Made by a program: the position numbers and the translations under genes. The notes beneath the pieces were generated by a model. That model worked only from the letters and a program-made list of their open reading frames with translations, was not told the origin of the DNA and did not search any database. Below, in pieces: positions 25,901 through 38,759 of a stretch of DNA of 64,000 nt. This DNA is from Eledone cirrhosa (taxonomy: Eukaryota): contig OZ024747.1 in NCBI GenBank assembly GCA_964016885.1, positions 62,186,001 to 62,250,000 on the forward strand. The letters are read 5' to 3'. Positions within the stretch are counted from its first letter, which is position 1. Each line of letters begins with the position of its first letter.

Positions 25901-25964
25901 GTAAGTATTACATTCTCAATACTTTTGTAATAACTCATGTTTGATTTTTTTTTTTTTTTTGTAA

Positions 25965-26182
25965 CCCTTTACCATTTAGATTACTCTATATTTACTATTA
26001 TATTTTCATAGAAAAGGCTTTATCTCACATAATTATCTTACATAATATCGAATCTATGAAATTTTGATATTTATTTTGAGAACAATATCTTAACATCAGT
26101 ATGAGCAGCCGCTTATGGCCAGTCTGAATAGAAAGAGGTAAGAGAATTCTGGTCAGATATAGCCAGTTTAAATGCTAAAAGA
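25965..26182. mobile_element. piggyBac-like MITE copy
   Basis: Same family with slightly decayed TIRs. Confidence 0.75.
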
Positions 26183-27015
26183 TTAAGGTTTTTGGCTCTC
26201 AATCATGAGGTCCTAGGTCAAGGTAGCACACTGTGCCCTTGAGCAAGGCACTTCATTTCATGTTTCTCCATTCAGTCTACTCAACTGAACAAGATAAGAA
26301 CTAGCATTAATTAGAAGGGAACTTAGTGATGATTGATTGGCATCCCATTCTGGGGAGAGTCTTGTACTTTCAGCCACTTAACAATAATGGAACTGGTATA
26401 AGCCCTGGCCCGATGAGTCTCTGCACTTGGGGCAGACATTAAATTTGAATTATTAAGTGATTTAAATCAGTAAATCATTTAAATCATTATGTCATTTAAC
26501 TATCCCATAACTCCTTCTGGAGTTGTAGATGCACTGTCAAACAGCATGTCTAGAGCACCCTTTAAACCTGGTGGAGCCCAACCCTCTCCAGGTCTGAACA
26601 CAGCCGATTTTCTCTATAGAGGAAGAATCGACCCAGTACTAGACTGGTACTTTTTTTATCGACCTCGAAAGGATGAAAGGCAAAGTTGACTCCCAGCAGG
26701 ATTTGAACTTAGAGCACGCAATAAGGTGGGACGAATACCATAAAGCATTCTATCTGACTCTACCAATTTGTCACCTAATGAAATATACTCTATTTTAATT
26801 AATTAATGAAGAATTTCAAGGGATTTATTAAAATTATTCATTATTTCATTACTAAGATAGTAAATTAATGTATGGTTCTTATGTAAAATTATGTTGGAAG
26901 ATTTTAATTTAGATAGCAACCCTTTAAAATGAGTGTTTTTATCTCATAGAACTAGAGCCGGTTTTAGCCAGGTTGGTAACTAACAGGTTAAATCATTATT
27001 CCATTGTTATTTCAG

Positions 27016-27156
27016 GCTCTTGGTGCCATAGATTATCTGGAAATTTGTCGGCATTTCCATGTTATGATTCTACGTAATGTTCCAGCCATGTCGTTAAACA
27101 ACAGGACAGCAGCACGGCGATTTGTCACCTTAATAGATACCTTATATGATAACCAG
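27016..27156 (+). CDS. AFG1L: AFG1L exon 11
   Basis: ttcag|ALGAIDYLEICRHFHVMILRNVPAMSLNNRTAARRFVTLIDTLYDNQ|gtgag; ARRFxTLIDxLYD signature. Confidence 0.97.
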
Positions 27157-28195
27157 GTGAGGTAGCTTATTTTTTCTTTCTGCTTTCATCATCATCATCA
27201 TCTTCGTTTAATGTCCACTTTAAACACTAGCATGGGTTAGATGGGTTGTCCCATTTGAAGCAAGTTGGGTCAGGTAACCATGTCTTGCTCGTATAGAACT
27301 GTTTCTGGCTCGGTTTCTACAGCTGGATGCCCTTCCTAACACCAACCACATTTACAGTGTGGGCTGGGTGCTTTTTATCGTTATTCCTACACGATCATTT
27401 TAAAGTGTGGGTTGGGTGCTTCATGCTTGTTTTTCCATGCTTGCATGGGTTAGGATATGAGATTTGTTTGTGGCAGGTTTTTAGAAGAGGATGTTCTTCC
27501 TGACACTAACCCATACCTTATTCTAAGTATGGTATATATTGCTAACATTTGTTGGGCCAATACACTGCAGGCTTTATATGCAGTGTTGTTCATGATGTGT
27601 GGCACACGCACACACACACACACATACATTTAATGGGCTTCTTTTCCTCACAAGACATTGGTCAGCCAATGACTATAGTAGAAGACACTTGCCCAAGAGA
27701 TCAGAGTGTAGGACTGAACCCAAAACCACATTATTTCAAAACAAACTTCTTAACCACACAGCCATATCTGTGTCTTCCTTTTCTTCTTAATCTTCAGCCA
27801 CTTATTCCTGAGTGGGTTGTGGTGGTAGAGTCCTCAAACACTCCTTCCTGCATGTCCTGTCTGAAGCAATCATTTTCAATTGATCCAGCTGGATCCCCAA
27901 GCATGACCAGCCGAGTTTATGGATGTTATCCAACCATCTTGATTGGGGTCTATCTCTGGGTCTCCTGATGGTTGGTTTTTGCCTGTAAAATCAGTCCAGT
28001 GATTCTTTCCTAAGGCATTCTAACCACATGCCCATAGTATTGGGGTTCCTCTGAAGGATCTTTAGAGTAATGTTACTCAGTAGAATGCATAACTCAAAGA
28101 ACAGAGATTCACTGCAGGCAGAGCCACTACTTCTCCAATTTGAGAGATGTCTGTGTCTTATTTCCTCTTTTTATTTTATATTTCTCCAATTCCAG

Positions 28196-28312
28196 GTGAA
28201 GTTGATTATATCAGCTGAAGTGAAACTGCCTGAGTTATTTTCTATTGGTCAATTCAATGTAAAATGTCAACAAGATCACAGTACATTGATGGATGACCTA
28301 GGGATCCATTCA
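28196..28312 (+). CDS. AFG1L: AFG1L exon 12
   Basis: tccag|VKLIISAEVKLPELFSIGQFNVKCQQDHSTLMDDLGIHS|gtaag; LMDDLG motif. Confidence 0.95.
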
Positions 28313-29044
28313 GTAAGTATATATCAGAATCGGAGAACTATCTAGAAACTATCAGAATCAAAGATCAGTCCAGTAACTTTTAGAAGGAAAGATCTGTCCA
28401 GTAACTCTAATAGAACTATCTATAAACTCTCAGAATCAGAGAACTATCCAGTAGCTGTTTAAGATTATTTAATACCCCTGAATGAAAGATCTGTCCATAA
28501 CTCTTAGAATGAAAGATTCATCCAGTAACTCACATAGAACTATCTAGAAACTCTCAGAATCAGAATACTATACAGTAACTTTTAGAGAACTATGCAGTAA
28601 TTCTCAGAAAACTATCCAATAACTCCCAGATTATCCTCCAGTAACTCAAAGAACTCTCGAGTAGCTCTCAGAACCAGGGGACTATTTAGTAACCCTGAAT
28701 CAATGATCTGTCCAGTAACTCAGGAGATGAAGAATATATCTGAAGAAGTAGAAAAACGTCTTTGGAGAATTTATTTCCACCCAGTCATTCTTGATCCGCT
28801 GCAAGACAAAACCCCATCAATCATACTGGTGTTTTGGCCTACCTGTTCATGTTGGCAAAGTGTCTGTTACATGGGGGAGCTAAACATGAAACCTGAACTT
28901 GGGTTGCAAAGAACCAAAACAGATACTGCTATACAACTTGTCCAAAACTCTGATAATTCTGCCACTGTACTTGTACTTTATTTTATCCTTCCTTGAAAGA
29001 TTGGCAAAGCTAATTGATACTTTTTTATTTATTTATTTAAACAG

Positions 29045-29176
29045 CAAAGTGATTTGGCCCAGTCTAGTATATTTACTGGAGAAGAAGAACTTTTTGCCTT
29101 CAGTCGAACAAAGTCAAGACTTACTGAGATGATGACAGAAGAATATTGGAAAACCCAACCAAAACATCCAACGTAA
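29045..29176 (+). CDS. AFG1L: AFG1L exon 13 (last coding exon)
   Basis: aacag|QSDLAQSSIFTGEEELFAFSRTKSRLTEMMTEEYWKTQPKHPT*; FTGEEExFAFxRTxSRLTEM is the conserved C-terminus. Confidence 0.96.
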   Translation, partial: QSDLAQSSIFTGEEELFAFSRTKSRLTEMMTEEYWKTQPKHPT

Positions 29177-29651
29177 TGATAAATGAATTTAGGAAATAAT
29201 CTTTTATGTAAAAATAGTTTTTAAAAATTGTCTTTCTCGAGCCTAGAGGCTGATCAGGCTGGAGCTTATTCAGGGTTCAAAAACATAATAGTACCATTGA
29301 AAAATATTGTAAAAACATAGAAATGCTGTTTTATGTTTAAATTCTTATTCAATGGCAAATTAACATATTTAAAAATTTTTGATATTTATTTGGAATATTT
29401 AGTAGTGTATATAAGTTTAAATTAACATCGCTAAGACCACCTCACCAAAGACAGGCCCTTCTCTCCAGAGTGGACCAAAAAATACTTTTCAAACCCCCAA
29501 CAATTGCTGACTCTCTATAAAACTCAGGTATGACCCACAAAGGAGTACTGCTGTTGTTACACACACAGTCATGCTAGACTGCACCCAGAGAAAAGTTACT
29601 CAACCAATTGGCATAAATTTACTTGTCTCCTCTTTTTATTATTACAATAGT

Positions 29652-30405
29652 CCTTGCTCCTCAGAGCTGTCTAGTTGGTCTCAAGCCTCCTCAGCTCAGC
29701 TCAGTCACTCAGTTCTTGCTCCTCAGAGCTGTTTAGTTGGTCTCAAGCCTCCTCAGCTCAGCTCAGTCACTCAGTTCTTGCTCCTCAGAGCTGTCTAGTT
29801 GGTCTCAAGCCTCCTCAGCTCAGTCACTCAGTTCTTGCTCCTCAGAGCTGTTTAGTTGGTCTCAAGCCTCCTCAGCTCAGCTCAGTCACTCAGTTCTTGC
29901 TCCTCAGAGCTGTCTAGTTGGTCTCAAGCCTCCTCAGCTCAGTCACTCAGTTCTTGCTCCTCAGAGCTGTTTAGTTGGTCTCAAGCCTCCTCAGCTCAGC
30001 TCAGTCACTCAGTTCTTGCTCCTCAGAGCTGTCTAGTTGGTCTCAAGCCTCCTCAGTTCTTGCTCCTCAGAGCTGTCTAGTTGGTCTCAAGCCTCCTCAG
30101 CTCAGCTCAGTCACTCAGTTCTTGCTCCTCAGAGCTGTCTAGTTGGTCTCAACCCTCCTCAGCTCAGTCACTCAGTTCTTGCTCCTCAGAGCTGTCTAGT
30201 TGGTCTCAACCCTCCTCAGCTCAGTCACTCAGTTCTTGCTCCTCAGAGCTGTCTAGTTGGTCTCAAGCCTCCTCAGTCACTTAGTCCCTGCTCCTCTGAG
30301 CTGGCTGGTTGGTCTCAAGCCTCCCCAACTCAGCTCAGTCATTCGGTCCCTGCTCCTCAGAGCTGGCTAGTTGGTCTCAAGCCTCCTCGATTCAGTCACT
30401 CAGTC
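29652..30405. repeat. Tandem repeat, ~57-62-bp unit, ~13 copies
   Basis: GCTCCTCAGAGCTGTCTAGTTGGTCTCAAGCCTCCTCA(GCTCA)nGTCACTCAGTTCTT, diverging toward the right end. Confidence 0.92.
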
Positions 30406-30561
30406 ATTTCATCACCTATGTTGTGTCCAATTCCCCAAATGTTTCACTAATCATTACACCATGTCCATTGTGCTTGGAGTCTTGGCACTCTGGTGCACTC
30501 TCACTCCTCGTATCTTTTTCACAAAAATTGACTTGCAACAGTTTAGGTGGAACATCAATGG

Positions 30562-33500
30562 AATAATAATAATAATAATGAAATTATTATGTAAAGTGCT
30601 CAGGTGCACTACAACTCGTCAAAGGTGCATGTGTAGTACATAGAATAATATACAAATGTCATGGAAGTGAATAGTGTATGAGTCATGATATACATGTGTG
30701 TATGTGTATGGAGGGGGAACATTAGGTGTAGTGTTGGCGAATCTTGGGAAGCATGGAGGTTTTAAAGGATGCAGTGTCTCGACAGCTAACAACCGATGCA
30801 GGTAGTTTGTTCCATGCTCCAGCAATTCTGAGCATGAAAAAATGTTTCCGAAAGTCATGGGAACTGAGCTGTTTTCTGACTTTGTGGGCATGCCTACGTG
30901 TGTTAGACACATGGAAATCAAAAAGGTACTCAGAGTTGTTGTTCACAAGATGGTTAATAATTTTGTGGGTGTTTACCAAGTCAGTTGCCAGGCGTCGGAG
31001 CTTCAATGTATCCATGCCCAGGGAAGCAAGGTGTTCAGAGTATGGTAGATGCCTGATGAAGGGTATTCGCTTGGTTGCACGCCTCTGAACAGTTTCCAGG
31101 TGGTCAATGTTCTGAGCAAGATAGGGGTTCCAGACTGGTGATGCAAATTCTAAGTGTGGCCGCACCATAGCCATGTACAGCTTTAAATAGATAGCTGGAG
31201 AGTGGCTGACAAAGGTCTTGCTGAGTGATGCTAAGACACCCTCGGCCCTCTTGACAATTTTAGAGACGTGCTTCGTCCAACGCAAATTGCTGCTGACCGT
31301 AATGCCCAGGTCACGTTCACAAGAAGACTTCTTGTTATTAGTGCTGTGGAAGGAGTATGTGGACACTGGGTTTTTACTCCCAAAATGCATGGTGGTGTAA
31401 TTGTCCACAGCTAGCTTGAGTTGCCAGTCTGTGATCCATTGTTGCATTGTGTCCAGGTCAGACTGCAAGCAAGATCTATAGTGTTCAGGATCTGTCCTTT
31501 TTATCTCAAGGTACAACATGATGTCAGCTGCGTATTTCAGTACTGTGACATTCTTTAAGTTGGCATCTATGTCATTAATATATGCCACAAACAAAAGGGG
31601 CCAAGAACAGATTGATGTGCGGTCACCCTTTTTGAACAGAGGAATGACACTGGCCGTTTTCCACTGTTCTGTAGTAGCACCGTTGTTCAGACAGAATTGG
31701 AAGAAGCGTGATAGCTGGTGCAGAAGGAAGTACCCACCACGTTTAAGAAGCAGGTACGTAACACCATCAAGACCAGGAGAGGCATTGTTGCGTTTATTTT
31801 TAAGGTGACGTCGCAGCATTGCAGGTGTAAATTCCATGGTTGTAATAGAATCTGATGTCATAGGTGGTGGAGACGGTACACTCTGGTCTTCAATAGTGAA
31901 AATGCCTGCATAGCATTCAGCAATGAGCTCTGCACATTCCTTGGGGTCGTCTGTAACCTGGCTTGTGTGGGGATTGTGAAGAGGACCAACTGGAGAGTGA
32001 GGCCTCTGCTTTGAATGAACATACTTCCAGAACACCTTACTGTCAGGGCTGGTTGCTATGCGCTGTTCAAATTGAAGCACTGCCTTTTTTGTCACCTGTT
32101 TGAGGTGGTTGGATGATTTATTTCGCCTCTTCCTATTGATGTCTGATTTATGCAGTTTGTACTCACGTTCAGCATTACAACGTTCTTTTCTGGCAAGACG
32201 GACTGCTGCAGTCTCCCAAATTGCACTTTTAGGATGTTTTTTCTGCTTATGTGGCACTGATGTTGCACATGCTGTCCATATTGAGCTCAGGATGTTCTGG
32301 AGTACAGTGTTGACATCTCAGAGTCGTAGAACTCAAGCCAGTTTGGACGTTTCAACTCGGTGCAGTAACAGTTCCAGTCTGCTTTATTCCAGTCAAAGTG
32401 AGCAATTTGGAGATGGTTGTGGTTTTTGTTACTGCCCATGAGGGATAGATTGGCAATGATCATAGCATGATCAGAGTCACCTAAAGGTTCCTCAGCAGTA
32501 ACACTAATGACCGTTTCAGGAGTAGTGGTGAAGAGTAGATCCAAAGGGTTGTCACCTCTTGAAGGGGAGGTGACTACTTGGGACCAGTTCGAGTCCAGCA
32601 CTAGCTCAAGGAAGTCATTTGCACTTGCCGGCCAATGAAAGGTTTCCCAGTCAATCTCAGGGTGATTGAAGTCCCCTGCAATGAAAACATAAGTGGCTGT
32701 TTTCCTGGCAGCAGCTCTGATGATATCACAAAGTTGAGTGTCCTGATGGTAATTTGGGGGACGGTAAACGACTCCAAGTAGCAGTGTTGACATGGTCATA
32801 CGTATATCGCAGAAAAATACTTCCTGCTGTGATTGGTTCAAATCAACACAAGGAATTGCAAATTTGACCGAACGTACACCATTACACCACGACAATCAAT
32901 GCGGTCTTTACAAAACAAGTTGTAGCCAGTTATGCTGAAAACCCCATCACAGAGTAAGGAATGTGCCCAAGTTTCCGTGACTAATGAAGTCAGGGTTGAT
33001 ACTTTTGACGTAGGAGTCAAAAAGATGAATCTTATTGCATAGACTATGTCCATTCAAGGACAACAATTTGTACCTTGATTCCAGTATATGATTATGTGCA
33101 GGGGATGGCAGGTTGTTCTGATTTAGTTTCCCAGAGTTTTTTTATTGTCAGTTGTAGTGGGTACAGTGTTTTCAGACCAGCTGGTATCTCTTTTCCATGT
33201 TTCACCAGCCTTAACAAACTTCCATATCTGCCCATCATCACGTAGGCTGAAGCTTTCATGTTCTGCCGAGCTGCGGTTTAAGGAAGCTGCAACACGCAAC
33301 TTTGGACAGACATCAGGTGGAAGACCAGGGTGTGTTCAGAAAGCAATCCGACTTTCACGCCTAGTTTTATCAGAGGCTACAAAGTATGAACGTGCCTCAG
33401 TTGAGTTCGAAAAAGACAGTCTAATTAGCCTGGGTTTCGGACCTGGTCGGCCAAGGCGTAGAGCACCCTTCGCGGGAGCACGGCCCAAGTCTTTGGAGGA

Positions 33501-34545
33501 ACTGGCAGCAAATGCCTGAAGATCAACTATGTCTTCTGGTACACCAATGGCAACCACTTCGTGGTTTGCAGATTCAGTGGCATTCTCAATGCGTCTAGGT
33601 TCAACATGAGGAACGCGGAGATTTTTTAACAAGGCACTCCGGTAAGATCCCTCATTGTGAGGTTCTACACGAGCGCGTGATTTTATTCCCGCTATTTCTC
33701 GGCTTAAAGTGGAAACCATTTGCCGTATTTCCTCAAACTCCGTATTGACGGTCCATTTTTGTTGTTGTTCTTCTCCTTCAACAGACATGGTAGGGGAAGA
33801 CGCGGTCGTCGGATGTTGTTATTGAAAAGTAACGGGGGGAGGAAGACATGGGTTGCTGTTGTTGATGAAGTCCTTCAACGGGGGTAGTAGCAGAAGCTAC
33901 GGTCGTTGTTTTTTTGGGGGGTTTTTGCTGTTGTTCAGGAACAATGGTAGAGGAAGACATGATCTTCGGTTTTTGTTGTTGTTGTTCAGCAGCAATGGTA
34001 GAGGCAGACATACAGTCCAGGCACTGAAAGGACCAATTTGTTAGCTGGACCATCTCCCAGAATCCATCCATCATAGCAGTATGATGTTTCTTATTTTGGC
34101 CTGGGATCTTCCGGAAGCCTGTGGCGCATTGAAGGCAGACAGATGTGACAGGTTCCACATTCGACCCAGCGATTACGGAACGAGTTTTCGGGTTCCGTAC
34201 AGATATGGCAGGTGTGATTTTCTGGGCAATGTTCTATTTTGGAACATCGACCAGTTTTGTCGCATACTTCATCCATGGATATCACCATGGCAATTTTGTT
34301 ATTTCTGCCCATCCGTAGAAAAACACAGAATGTAAACAATATAGGTTTAGCGCACTTGATTACGATAGAAATAAAATGTCTGTTTTTTGTGTATTTTTGT
34401 TTCTGTTTTCCTAAATGTTGTGTGTGTGTACAAAAGGATCTGCGCATGTAAACAAATAAATATGCTGCGTAAGTTAACGAGATAAATGTTTGTTTCTGTT
34501 TTCCTATGTATTATGTGTGTGAGTATGCAAAAAGATCTGCACACG
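30562..34545 (-). mobile_element. Near full-length decayed CR1/L2-group LINE (PHD-like ORF1, APE endonuclease, RT)
   Basis: ORF1 pieces CHIC...WVECGTC...WSFQCLDC. APE motifs VTETW, GVVYRPP, AGDFNHP, LDLLFT, GDSDH. RT pieces SPGLDG, PLFKKGDR, PLLFVAYIND, YAAD, VRPHLEFASPVWNP. (ATT)n 3' tail at ~30562. Several frameshifts. Confidence 0.93.
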
Positions 34546-35699
34546 AATATATAATTATATATATATAATTAAAATGTGTATGTGGGTTAGAAGCGAAGTC
34601 AATGTTCAGAAAGATTTTACAAATGTACGTAAGATTGACCGGTATAGTGTCTCACACGAGGGCCTTTAGACACCATGACTACTGCCTAATCTTCCAGACT
34701 TACTAAAATTTTGTTTTGCTATTGAAGGGATTTATCTCAGGGGAGACTGTAAAGTCAATTTTCTTTCAAATTTATTTGCTTAATTGAGTTCATTTTTCTT
34801 TCAAATCTTTTGTCTCTTTGAGGACAGACACTCTGTCTCTAAAGAATTAAAAAAACAAACAAAAATAAGACTATCACTAACAAAATAATCAGCAAGACTG
34901 TCTCTCTAAAGTATTCTTAATTCTGTCTCATTTTCCCCTCCTTCTCAACTATGTTTTTTACAATGTTTTATCTTCATATCTCTCCATGTCAGTATCTACT
35001 CCACTGTAGCACATATAAGAAGAATTACAGAAGAATTCTTCATATAATAATGGTTTCTTATATAGGTACAAGGCCAGCAATTTCTGGGGAGGAGAGAGTT
35101 GATTATATCGACTCCTAGTATTTGATTGGTTGTTTATTTTATTTTATTGATTCTGGAAGAATAAAAGGCAAAGTCGACATCGGCAGGATTTCAACTCAGA
35201 CTAAAGAGCAGGAACAAATTCTGCAAAGTATTTAATCTGACACTCTAACAGTTCTGCCAATCCACTGCCTTCATTTCTTCATATAACGATGCAAGAATAT
35301 ATACAAAGGGGAAATTTTATATTGCCTTCAACAAGAAAATTTGAGCTTTTCATGCTTTGCAAGCAAAACACTCTTCAATTATGAAGTTACTAAAGCAGTT
35401 AATTCACCATTTACAATTCAGTGGGTTTAGCCACGGAATGTTAAGTGCCTTTGTTGCCGATGAGTTAAGATATAAACCTTAATATCTTTGATTGATGGGG
35501 GCCAGTATCTTATTTCATTTTGATAGTTTGATGACATCTATTACACTGGCTACATATATTACTTCTCACACCCTACACCACTGAATGTTATTTCTTGCTT
35601 ATTTGTCAAAAATTAGGAATTTTGTATTATGTGATTGCATGCTTTGCTATGACCAGTGACAATAAATTAAAAAAACATTTACTAGATAGCATTGCATAT

Positions 35700-36510
35700 A
35701 CTGTGTATACATGTGTATAGCTCACAACTTTATCCATGAAAATACATGAAAAACCAGCATGCAGCTTATTGATGGGAATGAGAAAACTTAAATTTAAAAT
35801 ACTAAAAAATATATGGATATTGTAAATGTATGTAAAATGAAGGTGAGACGTATATATGGTATATATATTGTATATATTCATGTATAAGTTACAACATTTT
35901 CCACAGAAATACATAAAAAACCAGCAAACAACTTATCTATGGAACCTATAAAACCTAAATTCAAAATATATTGTAAATACATGTAAAATGGTGTGACCTA
36001 TACATGAGTATATATGGTATATAAATCATATATACTCATGTATAAGTTACAACTTTAATCCACAAAAACCAGCAAGCAACTTATGCAACCTATAAAACCT
36101 GAATTCAAAATATATGGTATATTGTAAATGTTGTATGCAAAATGAAGGTGAGACTTATACATGAGTATATATGGTATATATATCATATATACTCATGTAT
36201 AAGTTGCAACTTTAATCCACAAAACCAGCAAGCAACTTATCTATGGAACCTATAAAACCTAAATTCAAAATATATGGTATATTATAAATGTTGATGCAAA
36301 ATGAAGGTGAGACTTATACATGAATATATACGATATATACACCATATATAATCATGTATAAGTCTCACCTTGCAACTTTTTCCACAAAAATACAAGGAAA
36401 ACCAGCAAACAATTTATCTATGGGACCTATAAAACCTAAATTCAAAATATAGGGTATATTATAAATGTATGTAAAATGGAAGTGTGACTTATACACAAGT
36501 ATATATGGTC
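35700..36510. repeat. Tandem repeat, ~150-175-bp unit with internal hairpin, ~5 copies
   Basis: AAAACCAGCA...ACCTATAAAACCTAAATTCAAAATAT recurs; each unit carries CATGAGTATATA...TATATACTCATG-type arms. Confidence 0.85.
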
Positions 36511-37530
36511 ATTTAGGTTGTTTTATTCCTGTCGATAAACATGTTTCTCCTACCAAAAATACACTCAAGAGAACAATGACACTCTTTATTCCTCTATGCA
36601 TCATGTCTACAAATATAGGGATTAAAGATGTTTATAATTAAAAGTCTAAAAAATATATTTAAAAAAATTGTTATTAAATCAAATTAAAAAAATATCTGAA
36701 GTTATATTATTTTTTATTTTTTATTTATTAACTCTTTATATCTACTGGAAATTGCCTCTGGTTGTATGATCAATCAGAGAAAGCATTTTCTTAACATAAG
36801 TTTGTTTTAACACTTTTAGAATGTCTTAGGAAAGAATCGCTGGACAGATTTTATGGGCAAAACCAACTAGCAGGAGACCCAGGGGTAGATCCTCAGCAAG
36901 ATGGGTGGATAACATCCATGGGTTTGGCTGGTCTCAATTGGGGATCCTGCTTTAAGCTAACTTTATGGATGAACCTACACGGCCACTTTACAGCGTGGAC
37001 TGTGTGTTTTTTCTCGTGACACCTACACGATCTCAATCTCATCTCATTTATTTGGTACCAACTTTATAGAGAGAGGGTGGTGTTGGTGGGAGTGGGAGGA
37101 TAGGATTGGGGTGTATATTTGGTTAAGAGGTGCCTACTGACTGTAGGTTTCGCTTTGTACATAGGCAAGGCAGGTCTTCTGTGTTACTGCGTAGCGCCAA
37201 AGATCTCGGTCCAATGACATTGTCTTAGAGAGGTGCAAGTGTGTAAGGTCGGAATTTATCAGATCGTCCCAGGTTTTTCTGGGTCTACCTACTCCGTAAC
37301 TACCATCAATTTTGATCGCCCTGCACTTTTTTATACAGATATATATATATATATATACACCCTTGCAAGCAGGGAAAAGCGGACGTAAAATGATGATGAT
37401 GATATGAATATATTTTCATTTTGTTGTTGTTATTTATATATGCCTCAAGTGGGACAATTCCCGTCTAAACCCATACTAGCGTGGAAGATAGTCGTTAAAC
37501 GATGATGATGATATACACACACACACAAGG

Positions 37531-37562
<32 letters not shown>

Positions 37563-37704
37563 GTGTATAGATATATAGATATATACGTATATATATATAT
37601 ACACATATATAAATATATATATATATATGAATGTAAAGTTATGTTGGTGCCACAACATCCAGGCCGAAACAAATGAGATCGTGTAGGTGTCACGACAAAA
37701 AAAA

Positions 37705-38050
37705 CACACAGTCCACGCTGTAATGTGGCCGTGTAGGCAACACGGTAAAAACCTCCCAGCCCCACACTGTAAATGTGGTTGGTGTTAGGAAGGGCATCCA
37801 GCTGTAGAAAACCCACCAGACAGTCCACGCTGTGATGTGGCCGTGTAGGCAACACGGTAAAAACCTCCCAGCCCCACACTGTAAATGTGGTTGGTGTTAG
37901 GAAGGGCATCCAGCTGTAGAAAACCCACCAGACAGTCCACGCTGTGACGTGGCCGTGTAGGCAACACGGTAAAAACCTCCCAGCCCCACACTGTAAATGT
38001 GGTTGGTGTTAGGAAGGGCATCCAACTGTAGAAAACCTGCCAGACAGTCC
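37705..38050 (+). repeat. Three tandem ~117-bp copies of the RTE/SINE tail
   Basis: CAGTCCACGCTGTGA...AGGAAGGGCATCCAGCTGTAGAAAACC repeated. A similar local triplication lies at ~54255-54560. Confidence 0.85.
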
Positions 38051-38759
38051 TATGCGAGCAAGACAATCACTCTTGCCTCAAGTGGGAAAACCCCCGTCCA
38101 AACCCATGCAAGCGTGGAACACGGACGTTAAATGATGATGATGATGATGAATATATTTTCATTTTGTTGTTATTTTTAAACTCACAAACTTTCCATTATG
38201 CTGTCTTATATTTGCCATGAAATGACTCACCATCTCAGTACTGAGTTCCTAAGTCCTAATATTATTAAATCTGCTTTCTTTCTTTCCTTCCTCCCTTCTT
38301 TCTTTCTCTCCTCTCTCCTTTTATCTTTCTTTTCTTTCCTTCTTTCTTTCCCCCTTTCTCTTTCTTTTTTGCTTTCATTCTTTCTTCCTTCCTTTTCTTC
38401 TTTCTTTCCTCCTTTATTTATTTCTTCCTTTCTCTCTTTCCTCCCATTTTCCATCTTTCTTTTCTCCTTCCCTTCTTCTCTTTCTTTCTGTGTGTTTTTT
38501 TTTCATTTCACTCATATTTAAAATTGAAATAAACTAAACTTGATACATGTTTTGATAAGTGTGTCATTAAGATAAAACTAATGACTAGCTCTTTCCCATT
38601 AATTAATTCCACGAGCCTCATTAACAGGAATCCAGGTAGCTAAATTATTGCCTCATGTGTTTCACATGCAGGAAATATCGTATAACCAACAGTTGGGCTT
38701 CCATACAAATCTATGGAACATAATGAGTCTAATATTTGTTTGTTTCTGGAAAACAAAAT

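Noticed and set aside
29571-30643. Repetitive Ser-rich ORFs
   Set aside because: They are translations of a tandem repeat with frame-shifting unit lengths.
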